From: Octopus sinensis
Taxonomy: Eukaryota
Assembly (NCBI RefSeq): GCF_006345805.1
Contig: NC_043011.1
Span: forward strand, 21,092,464-21,156,463
Reading direction: 5' to 3'
Length of the DNA: 64,000 bases
Shown here: positions 12,761 to 26,021 of the stretch, one piece after another
Position numbering within the stretch: the first letter of the stretch is position 1
Layout: every line of letters starts with the position of its first letter
The notes under the pieces: model-generated
Databases searched by the model: none
Told to the model about the DNA's origin: nothing
Seen by the model: only the letters and a program-made list of their open reading frames with translations
Made by a program: the position numbers and the translations under genes

Positions 12761-13189
12761 AGCAAACCGTCTTTTTAGGGATAATCTAGGACATTACATA
12801 CAATGGGCGTGTGATTTAGGTAGGGGGCTACTTTGGCTGCTATTTTTAACGTGTGGAGCGACCAGGTAGAGGCTCTTTCATTGGTTCGATTGCGTGATAA
12901 GATTTTTTTTACACATTTATGTAATATGTATATATATCATCGGAAGAAGTTAGAGAGTAAGTCAAAAACTGAGAGTTTCGTGTATTGGCACTTATCAAAC
13001 ACGAATTTGCCCATTGTCACTCTGTAACTTCAGACGAAATAACTTCTAAAGTACAAAATTTTATACAACACGTTAAGAGTAAACCCTGTTCTATGTGAAA
13101 CATTCTACCAGTAACAGAAGTTTGAAAGTGTTTAGTTAAAAAAAAAATTAATTAAAAGGACACACACAATATGGTCAAAACATCATATT

Positions 13190-13725
13190 GTCTCAAAAAT
13201 TTTTGAAAATTTTCCCTCAAAATCTTTGAAAACATTTTTGAAAATTTTCCCCAAGAATTTAAAAAAAATTTTTTGAAAATTTTCTCCCCAAAATTTTTGA
13301 AAAGAATTTTGAAAATTTTCTCTCCAAAATTTTTGAAAAGTTTTTCGAAAATTTTCCAAAAAATTTTTGACAAATTTTCGGGGAAATTTTCGAAAAACTT
13401 TTCAAAAATTTTCGGGTAAAATTTTCAAAAAATTTTTGAAAAATTTTGGGGGAAAATTTTGGATAAACTTTTCAAAAATATTTTGAAAATTTTTCCCAAA
13501 AATTTTTTGACAATTTTCCCCCAAAAATTTTTGAAAAGTTTTTCGAAGATTTTCCCCCAAAATTTTTTGAAAATTTTTTGAAAATTTTTCCCAAAAATTT
13601 TTCAAAAATATTTTGAAAATTTTCCCCAAAAATTTTTTAAAATTCTCCTTAAAAATTTTTGGAAAATTTTCCTCAAAAATTTTTGAAAATTTTTTGAAAA
13701 ATTTCCCCAAAGATTTTTCAAAAAG
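13190..13725. repeat. Degenerate AAAATTTT-based low-complexity array
   Basis: Dozens of A4-5T4-5 units separated by G or C3-4/G3-5. Confidence 0.85.
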
Positions 13726-14462
13726 TGAGAGAGGGAGAAAGTGAGTAAGTGACGACCTTCATAAAATATAAAATGTAAAATGTTTTGACTTTTCTTAAAC
13801 ACGAGATATAGTGTTCAAATTTAGGATGTTTTTGAAAGACACTATATTTTATAATCATAGTATATATACTCTCTCACACAACAATTACAATATATTTATT
13901 TTAAATCTTTCATCTTTCTCCCCACTCTCTCTCACACACATTTCTTTGTGTGCGAAAGAGTTGTTTTTATTTTTCGCCGAGTAAAAAAGTGTTTTGTTGA
14001 CAATCCATTTATTTAACAACAAAGAAACAAAGAGGTGAGTAGCAATTTGTCAGTGAATTGCACAATATAAATGGGTACAATTTCCGAGGTTTCCACCACA
14101 CCCACTCCGTTTCACGGACCACAAAAAGGGTTTTGTAGCATATTAAGAGGCCAGAGTAGTTGATTCCACGCAACAAAAAAACGATTATTTTTCTTAGTGA
14201 AAATCGTGCGAGTGTTAATCTACAAATTTAACAACATTTTCCCATTCATTTCTGTTTATGAACATGTATGTATGCACAAAACATGCAATAGGTATACGTA
14301 CGTACATGTGTGTTCGTGTCTGTTGCCCATATATATGTATATTATATTATATATATATAATATATATAATATAGTATAGATGTATATATAGATGTAATAT
14401 AGGCCGCGTTATACTGCTAGTACATATATATATATATATATATAATATATATATATATATAT

Positions 14463-14650
14463 AGGGAGAGTTTACGAAAAACCAAAAGACGAAGACAGGG
14501 GGTGTACATAACAAACAGATGTATTAGTATAACGCTCAGGAATAGAAAAATCTTTTACGTTTCGAACCTACGCTCTCCTACAGAAAGGGACACAGAAAAA
14601 ACAAGGAGAGAAAAAATGTGTATAGTGGCTAACGATTTATCATGGCGACT
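14463..14650 (-). mobile_element. PLE-type short repeat with degenerate hammerhead
   Basis: Minus strand CUUU-cuguagg-a-GAGC-guag-GUUC-GAAAC-GUA-AAAG at 14552-14587; end fragment also at ~35460-35510. Confidence 0.5.
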
Positions 14651-15023
14651 AGTAATATATATATATAATATATATATATATATACATATGTATATATATA
14701 TAATATATATATATACATATATACATACTGACGAATATGTATAGCTGTATATGTATAGATGTATTTCTATAGATATACGTGTATATATAAACATGTATGT
14801 CTAGATGTATATATAGATGTACATGTAATATGTACACATATATATACACATATATACATGCATACATATATACACCCATACACACATACCGATACACCCA
14901 CCTCCACACACACAGGTGCAGGTGTGGCTGTGTGGTAACAAACTTGGTTCCAAAACACTTGGTCTTCAGTTCAGTCCCACTGTGTGGTAACTTGGCATGT
15001 GTCTTCTGATATAGCATCATACC

Positions 15024-15305
15024 AGCCAGAGCTCGGTCTGGGCGACGTTGGGTCGACCGTCCACAACTGCAAGCCCACAGTCGACAAGGAGAAATGAAAG
15101 TGTCACATCTGGAGTTTACAAATGACCACTATACAGATACGTAACTGGACAGAATAAATTTAGAGGAGGCAAAGATGCTATGGCGACCAGAGCTTGCTCT
15201 GGGCGACATTGAGGCGACTGTACACTGCTACCAATCCACAGTCGACGCTATGGCGACCAGAGCTCGCTCTGGGCGACATTGGGGCGACTGTACACAGCTA
15301 CCATG
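15024..15305 (+). repeat. Three ~50-60-bp GC-rich repeats, each with a CCAGAGC/GCTCTGG hairpin
   Basis: accagagctcg(g/c)tctgggcgac at ~15024, ~15187 and ~15257. Confidence 0.75.
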
Positions 15306-15504
15306 GCATAGATGTCACTATTACAATGGGTTGGGTTGGGTTGGGTTGGGTTGAAAGAATTTCCATTATATATTGAGAACTATAGCGCGAAGGCAGCATA
15401 AAAAAACAACCCTTCCTCAATTGTTGGCAGATTTACCTACTCCGCATTGCGAGCAGAGCAATAAGATGCGTCTTCGTCAAAGTAACTGCTCCCCCAAAGC
15501 AAAT

Positions 15505-15790
15505 TAAATAAAATTTGAGATACGTGGAACGTCAAAGCTGCTAACAAAAACAGGACATTGAAAACATTCGGTAAGGGCTGTTTAACCCTAACGAGGTGAA
15601 GTGGTGAACGCTGGAGAAAAAAAAGCTTTGTCAAGAGACAGACAAGAATGCGAGAAGAAAAAGAATTACATTTAGAAATAGAGATCTATAATTTTGAAGA
15701 CAGAATTTGAGTTAGAAATGGAGAACTATAAATATTGTATTATGCATAAAGTGGTGGCTTACATTCGGGGCTTCCAATTTCTCTGTAAAA
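15505..15790 (+). pseudogene. Decayed RTE-type apurinic endonuclease N-terminus
   Basis: TWNV and NEVKW motifs in frameshifted translation. Confidence 0.4.
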
Positions 15791-16081
15791 TATAAGATAG
15801 TCGCAAAATCATCGCACATGTCACCATCGATTACAAACACCGGTGGAAGATAAAAGTTCTAGAGGACATTCTTGTTCTTTCGTTTGTTAAAGGATCGTAT
15901 TATGTTTCGGCTTAAAATAAATGTAATGTATAGAAATATATAGAAATATATAAAAACCAGAATAGAAAATAAACGTCTTAGGCATATAAAATGAGATAAC
16001 ATGAGATATGAAGGTGTTATAAACTTGAAACCTACTAGAATATCATAGATTATATATATCAAGTCATCCAATCAGTTCTGT

Positions 16082-16518
16082 CCAGCCAGGCAAAGTTTTC
16101 GCTACATTTGCGGCACCTGCCAGAGGGAGTGTTTGTCCAGGATAGGACTACACAGCCACAGCAGATGTATTAGGACATGAAATGTAAAAACCGGACTAGA
16201 TTATTTTATGCGCAACTCCATTGTCTCCCGAGACAAAAAGGATGCCAACAACAATATATATGGATTTCGTAGACAGGAACTGTAACAAATCAATCGTATA
16301 TATATGTATATATATAAATGTATGTGTGTGTCTTTGTGTCTGTGTTTCGTCCTCATCACTGCTTCACAACTGCTGTTCATTTATTTACATCCACAAAACT
16401 CACTGGTTTCACAAGAACAAACTAATAGAATAAGTACTAGGCTTATCAACATAAAAAAGCACTAGGCTGTGTCTCATATTTTTATTTGCCCACTAAGTTG
16501 TATCTATCAATTTATCTT

Positions 16519-16550
<32 letters not shown>

Positions 16551-17328
16551 GTATATATATATATAATATATATATATATTCTGGTGCATCTAAATTAAGT
16601 ACCATATTCATTTGAATCTAATTGTTGCTGAACTTATATATATATATATATAAGTTCAGCAACAATTTAGATTCAAATGAATATGGTACTTAATTTAGAT
16701 GCACCAGAATTTTGTATGGTGTTATACATAAAAATTTGCGGGGTGATTATAATAAAAAAATAAGCAAAAAGAATGACCTCGGTAATTTGGTACAATTGTT
16801 TCGCACTACATCATTTTATTAAAAGTTGTAAGTATTACAGCAGATTTAAGATGCTGAGTGCTCATCAGCCAATGATATAGGTTTTCCAATAATACAAAGG
16901 CTTTCAAATCAAGTAGTAACATTATAGAGAAGGTAGATATACAGATAAAGATGTAGATTTAAATTTTAAGAACATATGAGGTTGTGAAGTCCAGCCACTG
17001 ACTGACCACACTATAGCTGTATCTGACTGCTATAAGAACAGAAGTGATAAAGAATTTTTAGTAGTAGGATGGGGTAAGGGAGGTTTCAGAAAACCATAAA
17101 AGGAATTCAAGTTGCCACTAACAAAATGCCAATTACTACTAAATAGCAGTAATTACCGGAGTCATTCTTGTTGCTTATTTTTGATACTTTTTAACTTTTT
17201 ATCTTTTATTAAACTTTTAATAATTTTGATATATATTTAAAATAATATAAATTAATTAATTTTATGTATTGGCTTATGTTTTTCATTGTTTGATTGCCTA
17301 ATAGTGGTTTTATCTCTAATTTAATATA

Positions 17329-17405
<77 letters not shown>

Positions 17406-18438
17406 CCTAATGGGAGCCTTAACTTCCAAATTTTAGTCATTTCCTTATGATCCAAAACTAGGTCAAAAGTACTGAATGGATCTTTATGAAATTTGGAAAT
17501 TATATTCTAAGCATAAGGGCCATAACCCCCATGACAATTCATATATTTTTGCTGTTGATGAAATTTTAACCATAGATATTAGACACAAATGAAGTAATAT
17601 TTATAAAATTTCATCTTCTTACAAAGTTAGAAAGACCCCTCCATGGGGACTTAACACCCACAATTTTGTCATTTTATCTAAGCAAAAACGAATACAGTTG
17701 TGCTCTTGGAAGCTGTAGGGTTACCCGAGCATAAAAGTTGGGCATTATTTCTAATTCAATGGTACAACAGTGTAAGAGTTTGCTTTGACATACACTTACA
17801 TTGTGATTTCTGCAATGTGGTGCATAAATTGTTAAGTAAATGAGAGGCATCTTTGTCTCCACTGATTCAGTTGCAAAGTGTTGAGTAAAGTTATTTGATT
17901 GCAGACCTCCTTTCAGTCTTTTTATTATCACTCGGTCACACATAGTTCCCAGATGGTAACATTGATTACAAGGCCTTCCCAGATGAGTGACTGCTTATTC
18001 AAAGACATTTATAGATTTTAAATTCATTCTGTCTAGTTACGTATCAGTATAGTGGTCATTTGCAAACTTCAGAGGTGACACTTTAATTTCTCCTAAGCCC
18101 TCACGTCACACAGTTGTTAATGTTGATTTCAGTTGGGTCACGCCCTTCCAATTGCTATAGATTCGTAATGCATCATACAGCTGTGCCTGTCACCTGGATG
18201 GCGAGGAAGCCTACATGGTAACGACTAGGGTAGGGTAACTGACTGCTTATTGTGATCATTCGTCTTTTGGTTTCCATGTGGCACGATTACAATTTTTTAG
18301 CGTGTGTAAAGAGGGAAATAACCCTCATCTGCAATTTTCATGAAATTCGAAACAGATATTCCAGTTCATTCAGAAAATATAACAGAAAAGTCTAATTCTT
18401 CAATTGAATGTAACCGGGCAAACCGGGTATCTCTGCTA

Positions 18439-18439
<1 letters not shown>
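16082..18439 (+). repeat. Duplicated block, copy A (RTE tail + SINE-A remnant + Helitron)
   Basis: 16082-16530 matches 61717-62175; 17475-18439 matches 62311-63560. Confidence 0.9.
17400..18439 (+). mobile_element. Non-autonomous Helitron
   Basis: actgaatggatctttatgaaatttgg 5' motif; 3' hairpin accgggcaaaccgggt then CTAG|T. Confidence 0.7.
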
Positions 18440-18476
<37 letters not shown>

Positions 18477-18751
18477 TATATATGTATATATAGACACCTA
18501 AATATCTGTATATATAAGTGTGTATATGTATATGTATTATCATTATTTGAGGGAATAAAATCCAAACCTATTATATACGTTGTTATTCTACCTATTACAT
18601 ACGTTATTATTATTATTTTTTGCAATTTACTTAATCTTTACATTTTATTGTTATTTTAATTTTAATTTTTCTATTATATGTAATTTTCTAGATGGTGTAA
18701 TTTAATTGTTCATTTTGAATTGATAAAAGGTGTTTTTTCCCTAATTTTACA

Positions 18752-18792
<41 letters not shown>

Positions 18793-18822
18793 TATATATA
18801 TATATATGGATAAGCTCAAATT

Positions 18823-18855
<33 letters not shown>

Positions 18856-18889
18856 ATTTGAGTTTATCCACCATGGAAAAAAGACGTAC

Positions 18890-19197
18890 TGAAACAACCA
18901 TATTCACTACTATCGGGAAACCTACTTATACCGTCGAATAATTTCACAGATTTAGGCGTAACTGTCGACGGTAACCTTAGCTGGAGTGCACACATAAACA
19001 AAAATTATCAATATGGTCCGCAGAATGTACTCATGTATCCTCATAACTTTCCAGTCTAGAGATCAGGAAACTATCACCCTTCTCTTTCCCACGTTTGCTA
19101 GGCCTCACCTCGAATACTACTACCCGTTATGGTTCCCCCTATACAATATACACGATATAACGGGGATTGAAACACTGCAGAGATCAATCACGCACTT

Positions 19198-19259
<62 letters not shown>

Positions 19260-19790
19260 ACACACCCACCCACACACACACACACATACACACACACATA
19301 CACCCCCCCCCCACACAAAATACATGGCATGACGGACCTTTATTGCTGGGTTCAACTCATAAAAGTTGAAATCCTATTCTCCCCAACGCCCCACTGAGGG
19401 CTACATTATTTGTTCAGCGGGGAAAATATTCTACCATTATTATCCAAACAATATCGGTATCGAGTTCACGAATCACCCAAAGCCAATCCCTCAGCACCAT
19501 ACGTTCTCTACCGAAGTCGAGTTCACATCACATTAGAACATTAGAACTTTTTTTTAGTGCAAATGGTCCTTCTTTATTCAACGTTATACCGAAAGAAACC
19601 GTATCTGAACAAATTCCTCTAAAAACTGCCAGACAAACCACCAACACTTGGATATGTCCCAGCCAAGAGCAACTCTTTGCTAGAGTGGTCCATGGTGCCT
19701 CGAAACATGACTTAAAAGACCTTTCCAGGTGGTGATATTAAGTTTGTCGTGGCCTGGGCCGATAATGTCATCGGCCCAGGCCATAATTAT
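18890..19790 (+). mobile_element. CR1-like LINE 3' fragment (RT C-terminus and 3' UTR)
   Basis: DLGVTVDGNLSWSAHI and RPHLEY...IETLQRSIT motifs; 14-bp hairpin at 19750-19783. Confidence 0.8.
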
Positions 19791-20250
19791 TCACTTCCAT
19801 TTAATGCTTTCAAAGCAATCTTTTTTTCACACTAACTATATCCATCCAACCTTACAGAATCATTAACTTTTATCTAGCTATCAGATTTCCCCCCGCATAC
19901 GTATTCTTTTTGAACTGTAAATTTCTTGTTTATGTGTGTGTGTGTTCGTGCGTGTGTGTGTCCGTATTTGTGTTCGTGTGCGTGCATGTGTGTGTTTGTG
20001 TATCCCCGTGTGAGTATGTGTGTGCGTGTATGCGCGCGTGCATGCGTGTGTGTGCCTGTTGTTAAAGTGCTGAAATTGCAGGTCTTCCAGTCAACAGCTG
20101 ATGAAGGAAAATATAATCTTGTGTTTTCCTGTCCTTTCCTTTCGCCTTGACCATTATATTTGATAATCCTTCTACGTTGATTGTAACTCTACGTAACCTT
20201 TTGTCGCATATTAATACAGTTTACTAGAGAGAGGGAGGAGTTTTATGTAT

Positions 20251-20294
<44 letters not shown>

Positions 20295-20329
20295 TGTTGT
20301 ATATCGGGACGGTCATTTTTGTTAATTTT

Positions 20330-20516
20330 TTTGCCAAAGAAACACACGCACTATATATTCGTTCTTCATTCGTTTATTACACTTTTTATTCTAACTCATA
20401 TCCATTGTCCAGAAATCTTTCGTAACACATTTGTGACCTCTGCAGCGACACTTTCCATCTCCGCGTATGCTTTTCCTCCACTTATTTCATTCTCTCTCTC
20501 TCTCTCTCTCTATATA

Positions 20517-20554
<38 letters not shown>

Positions 20555-22060
20555 TACATATATTAAACTTCTATAAGAAGAGGGGTGACAATGACTTCAG
20601 ATAGTACTTCACTTGGTTTCCTTTTGGCTTTATATGGTCTTTGGCGAGTTGTTTTTTCTGGCGGGCATGGAGCTATGTGAAATGATGTGGCAGGGGATCC
20701 GTTATTGAGCCCAACATGAACTCCGAAAGATAGTGGATGGAGTGGCCAGCGGGTCAGAAATGACCTTGAGGTGGTCCATGAACCTGCGCATATTTTGTGT
20801 TCGGTTTGCTCAGTGTAGATCAAATTACAGAAGAAATATTGGATCGCATATTGTGGTTGTTAGATGTGCGTTAGAAAAAGTCCGTAATGTGTAGGGTGCG
20901 GTGGTTACATCCAGTGAGGGTGGCAATGTTGGAAAAGAAAGGTGATGCGGTGAGGACAGATGCAGGGAAGGGATCTGAATGGTGGGCGGGATGTGGGGAA
21001 GGGGGATCTATGTACGAAGGAACCGCGTAGTTCGCAGGCGTGCATAAGAGAAGTAATAAGTGAAAAGAGAAGAATCGAGAGATGACAGGATCAGAATGTA
21101 GGCGGCAGAAGAAGCAGAGGATGGCGAGGCAGTAGGCGAGGAGATAAAGTATGCGGTATGTTGGATTCTGGATATGAGATGTAAGGGGTAGTGTGCAATC
21201 AATGGTACGGGCATAGGAAAGAACAATTTGGAGAAGGATATAGGGAATAACCACGACGAATGAATAGACTGGCCATATGTTGAGCCAAGATATCAAGGTA
21301 ATGATTGTGGTCGCAGAATGACAGAAGCAGTAGAACTAGGAATAGGGGATGGCACGCTTGGTGCAGATGGGGTGAGAGGAGGGAAAATGAAATTGAAAAT
21401 GTTAGTTGTTGGGTTCGTAGGAAATAGAAATTGAGAAGGTGTGATGCCGAAGAAATAAAGGGTAGCATTGTATATCGAAGAGTTGAACTGGAGAGAGGAT
21501 GAAAGGAGTTGATGAAGGAAATTAAAGTATTTAGCTTTCCGCGGTGCCTATATAATCGCAAATGTAACAGCCGTATAATTCTGGGTGGAATTAATTGAAA
21601 GAAGATTTGGGACTAAACATTTCCAACAAATAAGTTGGCTTAGTTTAGGCCCATCCTTGTGCCTACAACTACCCCATTCCTTTGTCAGTATAGCTCGTCC
21701 GCTAAAGAAGGAAAATTGAGGGTGAGAACAAGTTCTACTACACGGAGGAGGGTGGAAGTGCTAGCACAATGAGTGGTGCAGAGGTCAAGAAAGTGCCTGA
21801 GTGCACCGAAGCATAACAGTGTACATGATAAAAACGAAATGAGAGAAGCTTGGAGAAGTAGCAGTTTAAGAGGCAGTGTCATGAATGTGGAAAAGGAGAG
21901 AAGCAACCAGGATAGCAAGGAAGGTGTCGAGGTAGATGAAAATATATTATGTGAAATAGTTACTGGGGTTTGTTGGATTTATGTAGCTTGGGGAGAAAGC
22001 ATTTGGTGGTGACAAAAGGGCGGAAGAGAGTAGAGCAAAAGGGCAGAAGAGAGATGAGTT
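20330..22060 (-). mobile_element. Penelope-like element, decayed RT and GIY-YIG endonuclease
   Basis: LRHFLDL...STSTLLRVVELVLTLN (RT) at ~21700-21810; IYTEQTEHK (YIGQT-like) at ~20800; pseudo-LTR-like remnant at ~20330-20460. Confidence 0.75.
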
Positions 22061-22240
22061 GGCGGATAGTGAAGAAGACGCATTATTTTTGCGGTAGCCG
22101 CGGTAAAATCGCAAAGGATGATCTATGCACGCGCGAGTGTATGTGCACGTGGAGAGAGAAAGAGAGAGATAATAAAAACAAATTCAAGGCGGTAGGTTGT
22201 GATTTCAGAGTAATTTGGTTCTTATTTCTGGCAGGGCAAA

Positions 22241-22432
22241 TGACTGCGCAGATCCCTTCCTCAGGAGAAACACCACTCAATGCTGGTTGCTCTGATACAG
22301 TTCACTGGAAGTTATAAGGATAACAGCTCAATGGTGCTTGAAAAGACACTGCTCAATAGTGGCTGCGATGCAACATCTTCACGAAAATGGCGCGGTTAAA
22401 TGAAACTAGCAATAATAAGGAATGTAAAAAAA

Positions 22433-22474
<42 letters not shown>

Positions 22475-22951
22475 AATAGTAACAATAATAATAATAACTT
22501 GGGTTTCCTGAATTACCGAAACAAATTATCTTCCGTTCCCGATTTTTCATAGCTTGATAAAATCAAACGGCAGCCAGGAAATTGGATCGTTTCAAAATTT
22601 CTCTTGTCAGTTATATGTCATTATATATAACAGTTATATTGGTCGTAACAGCTGGTTATATATTACATTTTGTAATACATAGTTGACTATTTTGATCTAA
22701 TCGTAGAACTGATATATGCCATGGAAATGAAAAAACTCTTTTGAAACATCAGGCGTGGTGTGGCTGTGTGGTGAGAAGTTTGCTTCCCAGAACATATGGT
22801 TCCAGGTTCAGTCCCACAGCGAGACACATTGGGCAAGTGTCTTCTACCATTGTCTCGGGCCGACCAAATCCTTGGGAAACGATTTGATAGACGGAAACTG
22901 GAAGAAGCCTATCGTATATATATATATATATATATATTATTATTATTATTA

Positions 22952-22999
<48 letters not shown>

Positions 23000-23188
23000 C
23001 TGTTTTACATTCCTTATTATTGCTAGTTTTATTTAACCACGCCGGTTTCGTGAAGATGTTGCATCGCAGCCACTATTGAGCAGTATCTTTTCAAGTGCCA
23101 CTGAGCTGTTACCATTATAATTTCCAGTGAACTGTATCAGAGCAACCAGCATTGAGTGGTGTTTCTCCTGAGGAAGGGATCTGCGCAG

Positions 23189-23190
<2 letters not shown>
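22241..23190. repeat. Inverted pair of ~195-bp repeats
   Basis: ~22241-22435 is the near reverse complement of ~22998-23190; a SINE-A 5' half (22752-22915) lies between. Confidence 0.85.
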
Positions 23191-23227
<37 letters not shown>

Positions 23228-23258
23228 AACACACACATACACACACGCACATATACAC

Positions 23259-23815
23259 ACAGGGTATCGTGGGTAAACTGTCGCCATTTTATATTTTTAA
23301 TTTCGCGCATGCGCATTGTTTGTTTTTGATTTTGTCGACTAGTCAGTATAGTAGGGTCAGTAGGGTCTGTGAGAAAAACAGCACCGTGTTGCAATTCACT
23401 CTGCCAGAAATTTGGAAGCGACATGCTGAATTGCTTCGTATTCGCGTTGCAGGCTCCAATGCGAACATTTCAGGGTGTTTGGGTGTCAACCTGAGGACAG
23501 TGCAGAGGATTCGGAAGGAGGTGGATGAGTCCAATGGTGATTATGAAGGTAAGGCAGCTCAGAAAACTCACTCTGATCATTCTGATAAGAAAAGAACTCC
23601 TGAATTTGTTGGCGAAATCCAGGCCATGATTGACAACGATCCCTCCAAGTCAGTCAGGTCCATCGCCAGGGACATGGGAGTGTCCGAGTTTCTTATTAGG
23701 CAGTTATTGCATGAAGACATTCGGTATACCTCATAGAAAATGAGAAAGGGCCAATTTTTATCCCAAGCCATCAAGGACAAGAGGAAAGACCGCGCTAAGA
23801 AGCTTTTGCACCATT
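23259..23815 (+). mobile_element. ITm transposon 5' part (maT/DD37D-like), truncated
   Basis: cagggtatc terminus; HTH region LRTVQRIRK...KRTPEFVGEIQAMIDNDPSKSVRSIARDMGVS; catalytic domain absent, so the subgroup call is tentative. Confidence 0.7.
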
Positions 23816-24607
23816 TGATCCTGGCAGAATTTTTTCTCGTCTGAGAAAAACCAAAGCATGTTCAGTTGGAGGGGATGCTTGAGTTTGTTCAAAAGCTTCT
23901 TAGCATTGCAGGGTAATCTGCAAAGTGAAGGTAGGGGTGTGTTAAATCGAATGTCTGAATGATTTTTGTCGTAGTATTGTTTGCTAAGCGGTTTCAGAAA
24001 GTTGTCAAAATGGCCTTAGGAAGAGTTGAGACGTTTGAGCCTTAGGGCGTTCTGGCTAAACATTATATTAAGGCATTTAAAAAATGATCAAAAGTTGATT
24101 TAAATTGCATGGCTGGCTCAAGTTAGTGCTAAGTGCAAATATCGGCAGCTTGCAGTGAATGAGCATTTTAAAAACTGTATAACTGTCACAACTTGGTAGA
24201 GTAAAAGCAGAGAATATATATAATATGGATTAATTTCTGAAAGCATTTAAAAAATTATTAAAAGTTGATTTAAATTGTATGGTTTCTCAAGGAAGTGCTA
24301 ATGTGCAATATCTTCAGTTTTATTATATATGTGTGTGTGTATGTGTGTGTGTGTAGGCTTGTATGTGTATGTATATTTACGATACACATGTAATATATAT
24401 AATACAATACATTCATATATGTGTGTCCCTCTCTCTGCCTCCCTCCTCTCTCTCTTTCTTTCCTTCCCTGAGCGTCGCATGTACCACGTCCACGCGTCGT
24501 TGATTTTTGCTTTTTTCGTGTTTTTTTTCGCTTTGGTAGGGGGTGGGGATTAATCACACACACACACACATATATATAGAGAGAGACGGAAGCTGAAAGA
24601 AGTTTGT

Positions 24608-24639
<32 letters not shown>

Positions 24640-24730
24640 ATCGATTAAGTAAGCAGAATATGGACTTGGTTTGACTTTATGTTGTATAAATTCTGTCTTC
24701 TGGTTACTTAATCGATTATTATCTCAACTA

Positions 24731-26021
24731 CGAGGGGCGTTCAATAAGTAATGCCCCTGACCCACTTCTCATAGCAGTAGAGCAACGAAACTTGGCACAG
24801 TTATTAGTCTTTTTCTACCTAGGAACCACCCAGAGTTATGCATTTCTCACATTGTTTGATGCAGCTCTGAAAACCGTTTTTGTAGAAGACCCCAGCTTGG
24901 TCCTCCAACCACGACGTGACTTCAGAAATCAAGGCTGCATCATCTGGAAAACGTTTTCCTTTCAAAAACAACTTCATGGCTGGGAAGAGGTGAAAATCGG
25001 AGGGTGCAAGGACAGGAGAGTAGGGGGATGGGAGAGGAGTTCATAGCCGCACGCCTGTGCTTCTGATCTGGCGACACGCGAGCTGTGAACCGGAGAATTG
25101 TCCTGCAAGAGGAGGATGCCTTTGCTGATCTTGCCCCGCCTCTTGATTTTGATAGCTTCTCTTAATTTCCTCAAAAGTGAAGCATAATAGGCTCCTGTAA
25201 TTGTGGCACCCTTTGCCAGGAAATCTGTCATCAGTACTCCGTCCTGGTCCCAGAAGACTGTGAGCATGACCTTGCCAGCAGAGGGCTGCACCCTTGCCTT
25301 CTTTGGAGGAGGTGAGTCACGGTGTGTCCACTGCATTGACTGGGCTTTGGTCTCTGGATCATAGTGATGGACCCAGGTTTCATCCTGTGTAATCAGTCTT
25401 TTGAAAAATTTTGACTCATCTTCTTGGCACATCTCCAAATTCATCCTCGAGCAATCGTCACGTTCTTGCTTCTGGAAAGATGTGAGCAACCTGCGAATCC
25501 ATCTGGCAGGCAGCTTTTGCATATGCAAATGGTCATGAATGATAGTTTCCACAGACCCGGTACTAATCTTGACCTCATGAGCTATTTGGTGAATAGTTAT
25601 GCGTCGATCTTCCAAAATGGCAGCCTCAACATGACGGACAGATGCCTCATCAATGGCAGAAGGGGGTGACCAGATCTGGGAGCTGTTTCCACAGAGTTCC
25701 GACCATGTTTGAATTCACGATGCCAGCGTTTTACAAGGTCACATGATGGGGCATCATCACCATAAGTTACTTTCATTTCATCAAAAGTCTCCCGTGGTAT
25801 GCGTTCTTTCAAATACAAAAACCGTATCACTGCTCGACACTCAACAGGCTCCATTTCACACTTGACTCAGTTCAAACACCTGTAAATCAGAAACCACAAT
25901 TAGTTCAGAGCTGTAATTTGCCACTTAATCTATAAAGATATAAATAATTGTACATACAAAATTTCAGCTAGATAAAATAACTGCAAGTGGGTCAGAAGCA
26001 TTACTTATTGAACGCCCCTCG
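24731..26021 (-). mobile_element. Full-length mariner (DD34D) with ~37-bp TIRs and TA TSD; frameshifted transposase
   Basis: TA-cgaggggcgttcaataagtaatgc...gcattacttattgaacgcccctcg-TA; ORFs 25597-25854 and 24974-25615 with TQDETW and QDNSPVH. Confidence 0.95.

Noticed and set aside
15024-15305. CRISPR-like repeat-spacer array
   Set aside because: Only three long divergent units, irregular spacing, eukaryotic context and no cas genes
16840-16875. Minus-strand CUGAUGA
   Set aside because: No GAAA or cleavage-site pairing
17674-17943. 89-aa ORF conserved with 62512-62781
   Set aside because: Conservation is explained by the recent DNA duplication; antisense within a Helitron with no known motif
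20090-20135. CUGAUGA plus hairpin as a hammerhead (also ~10000-10020, minus)
   Set aside because: Stem II is followed by UGUCC rather than GAAA, and no permuted topology gives stems I and III
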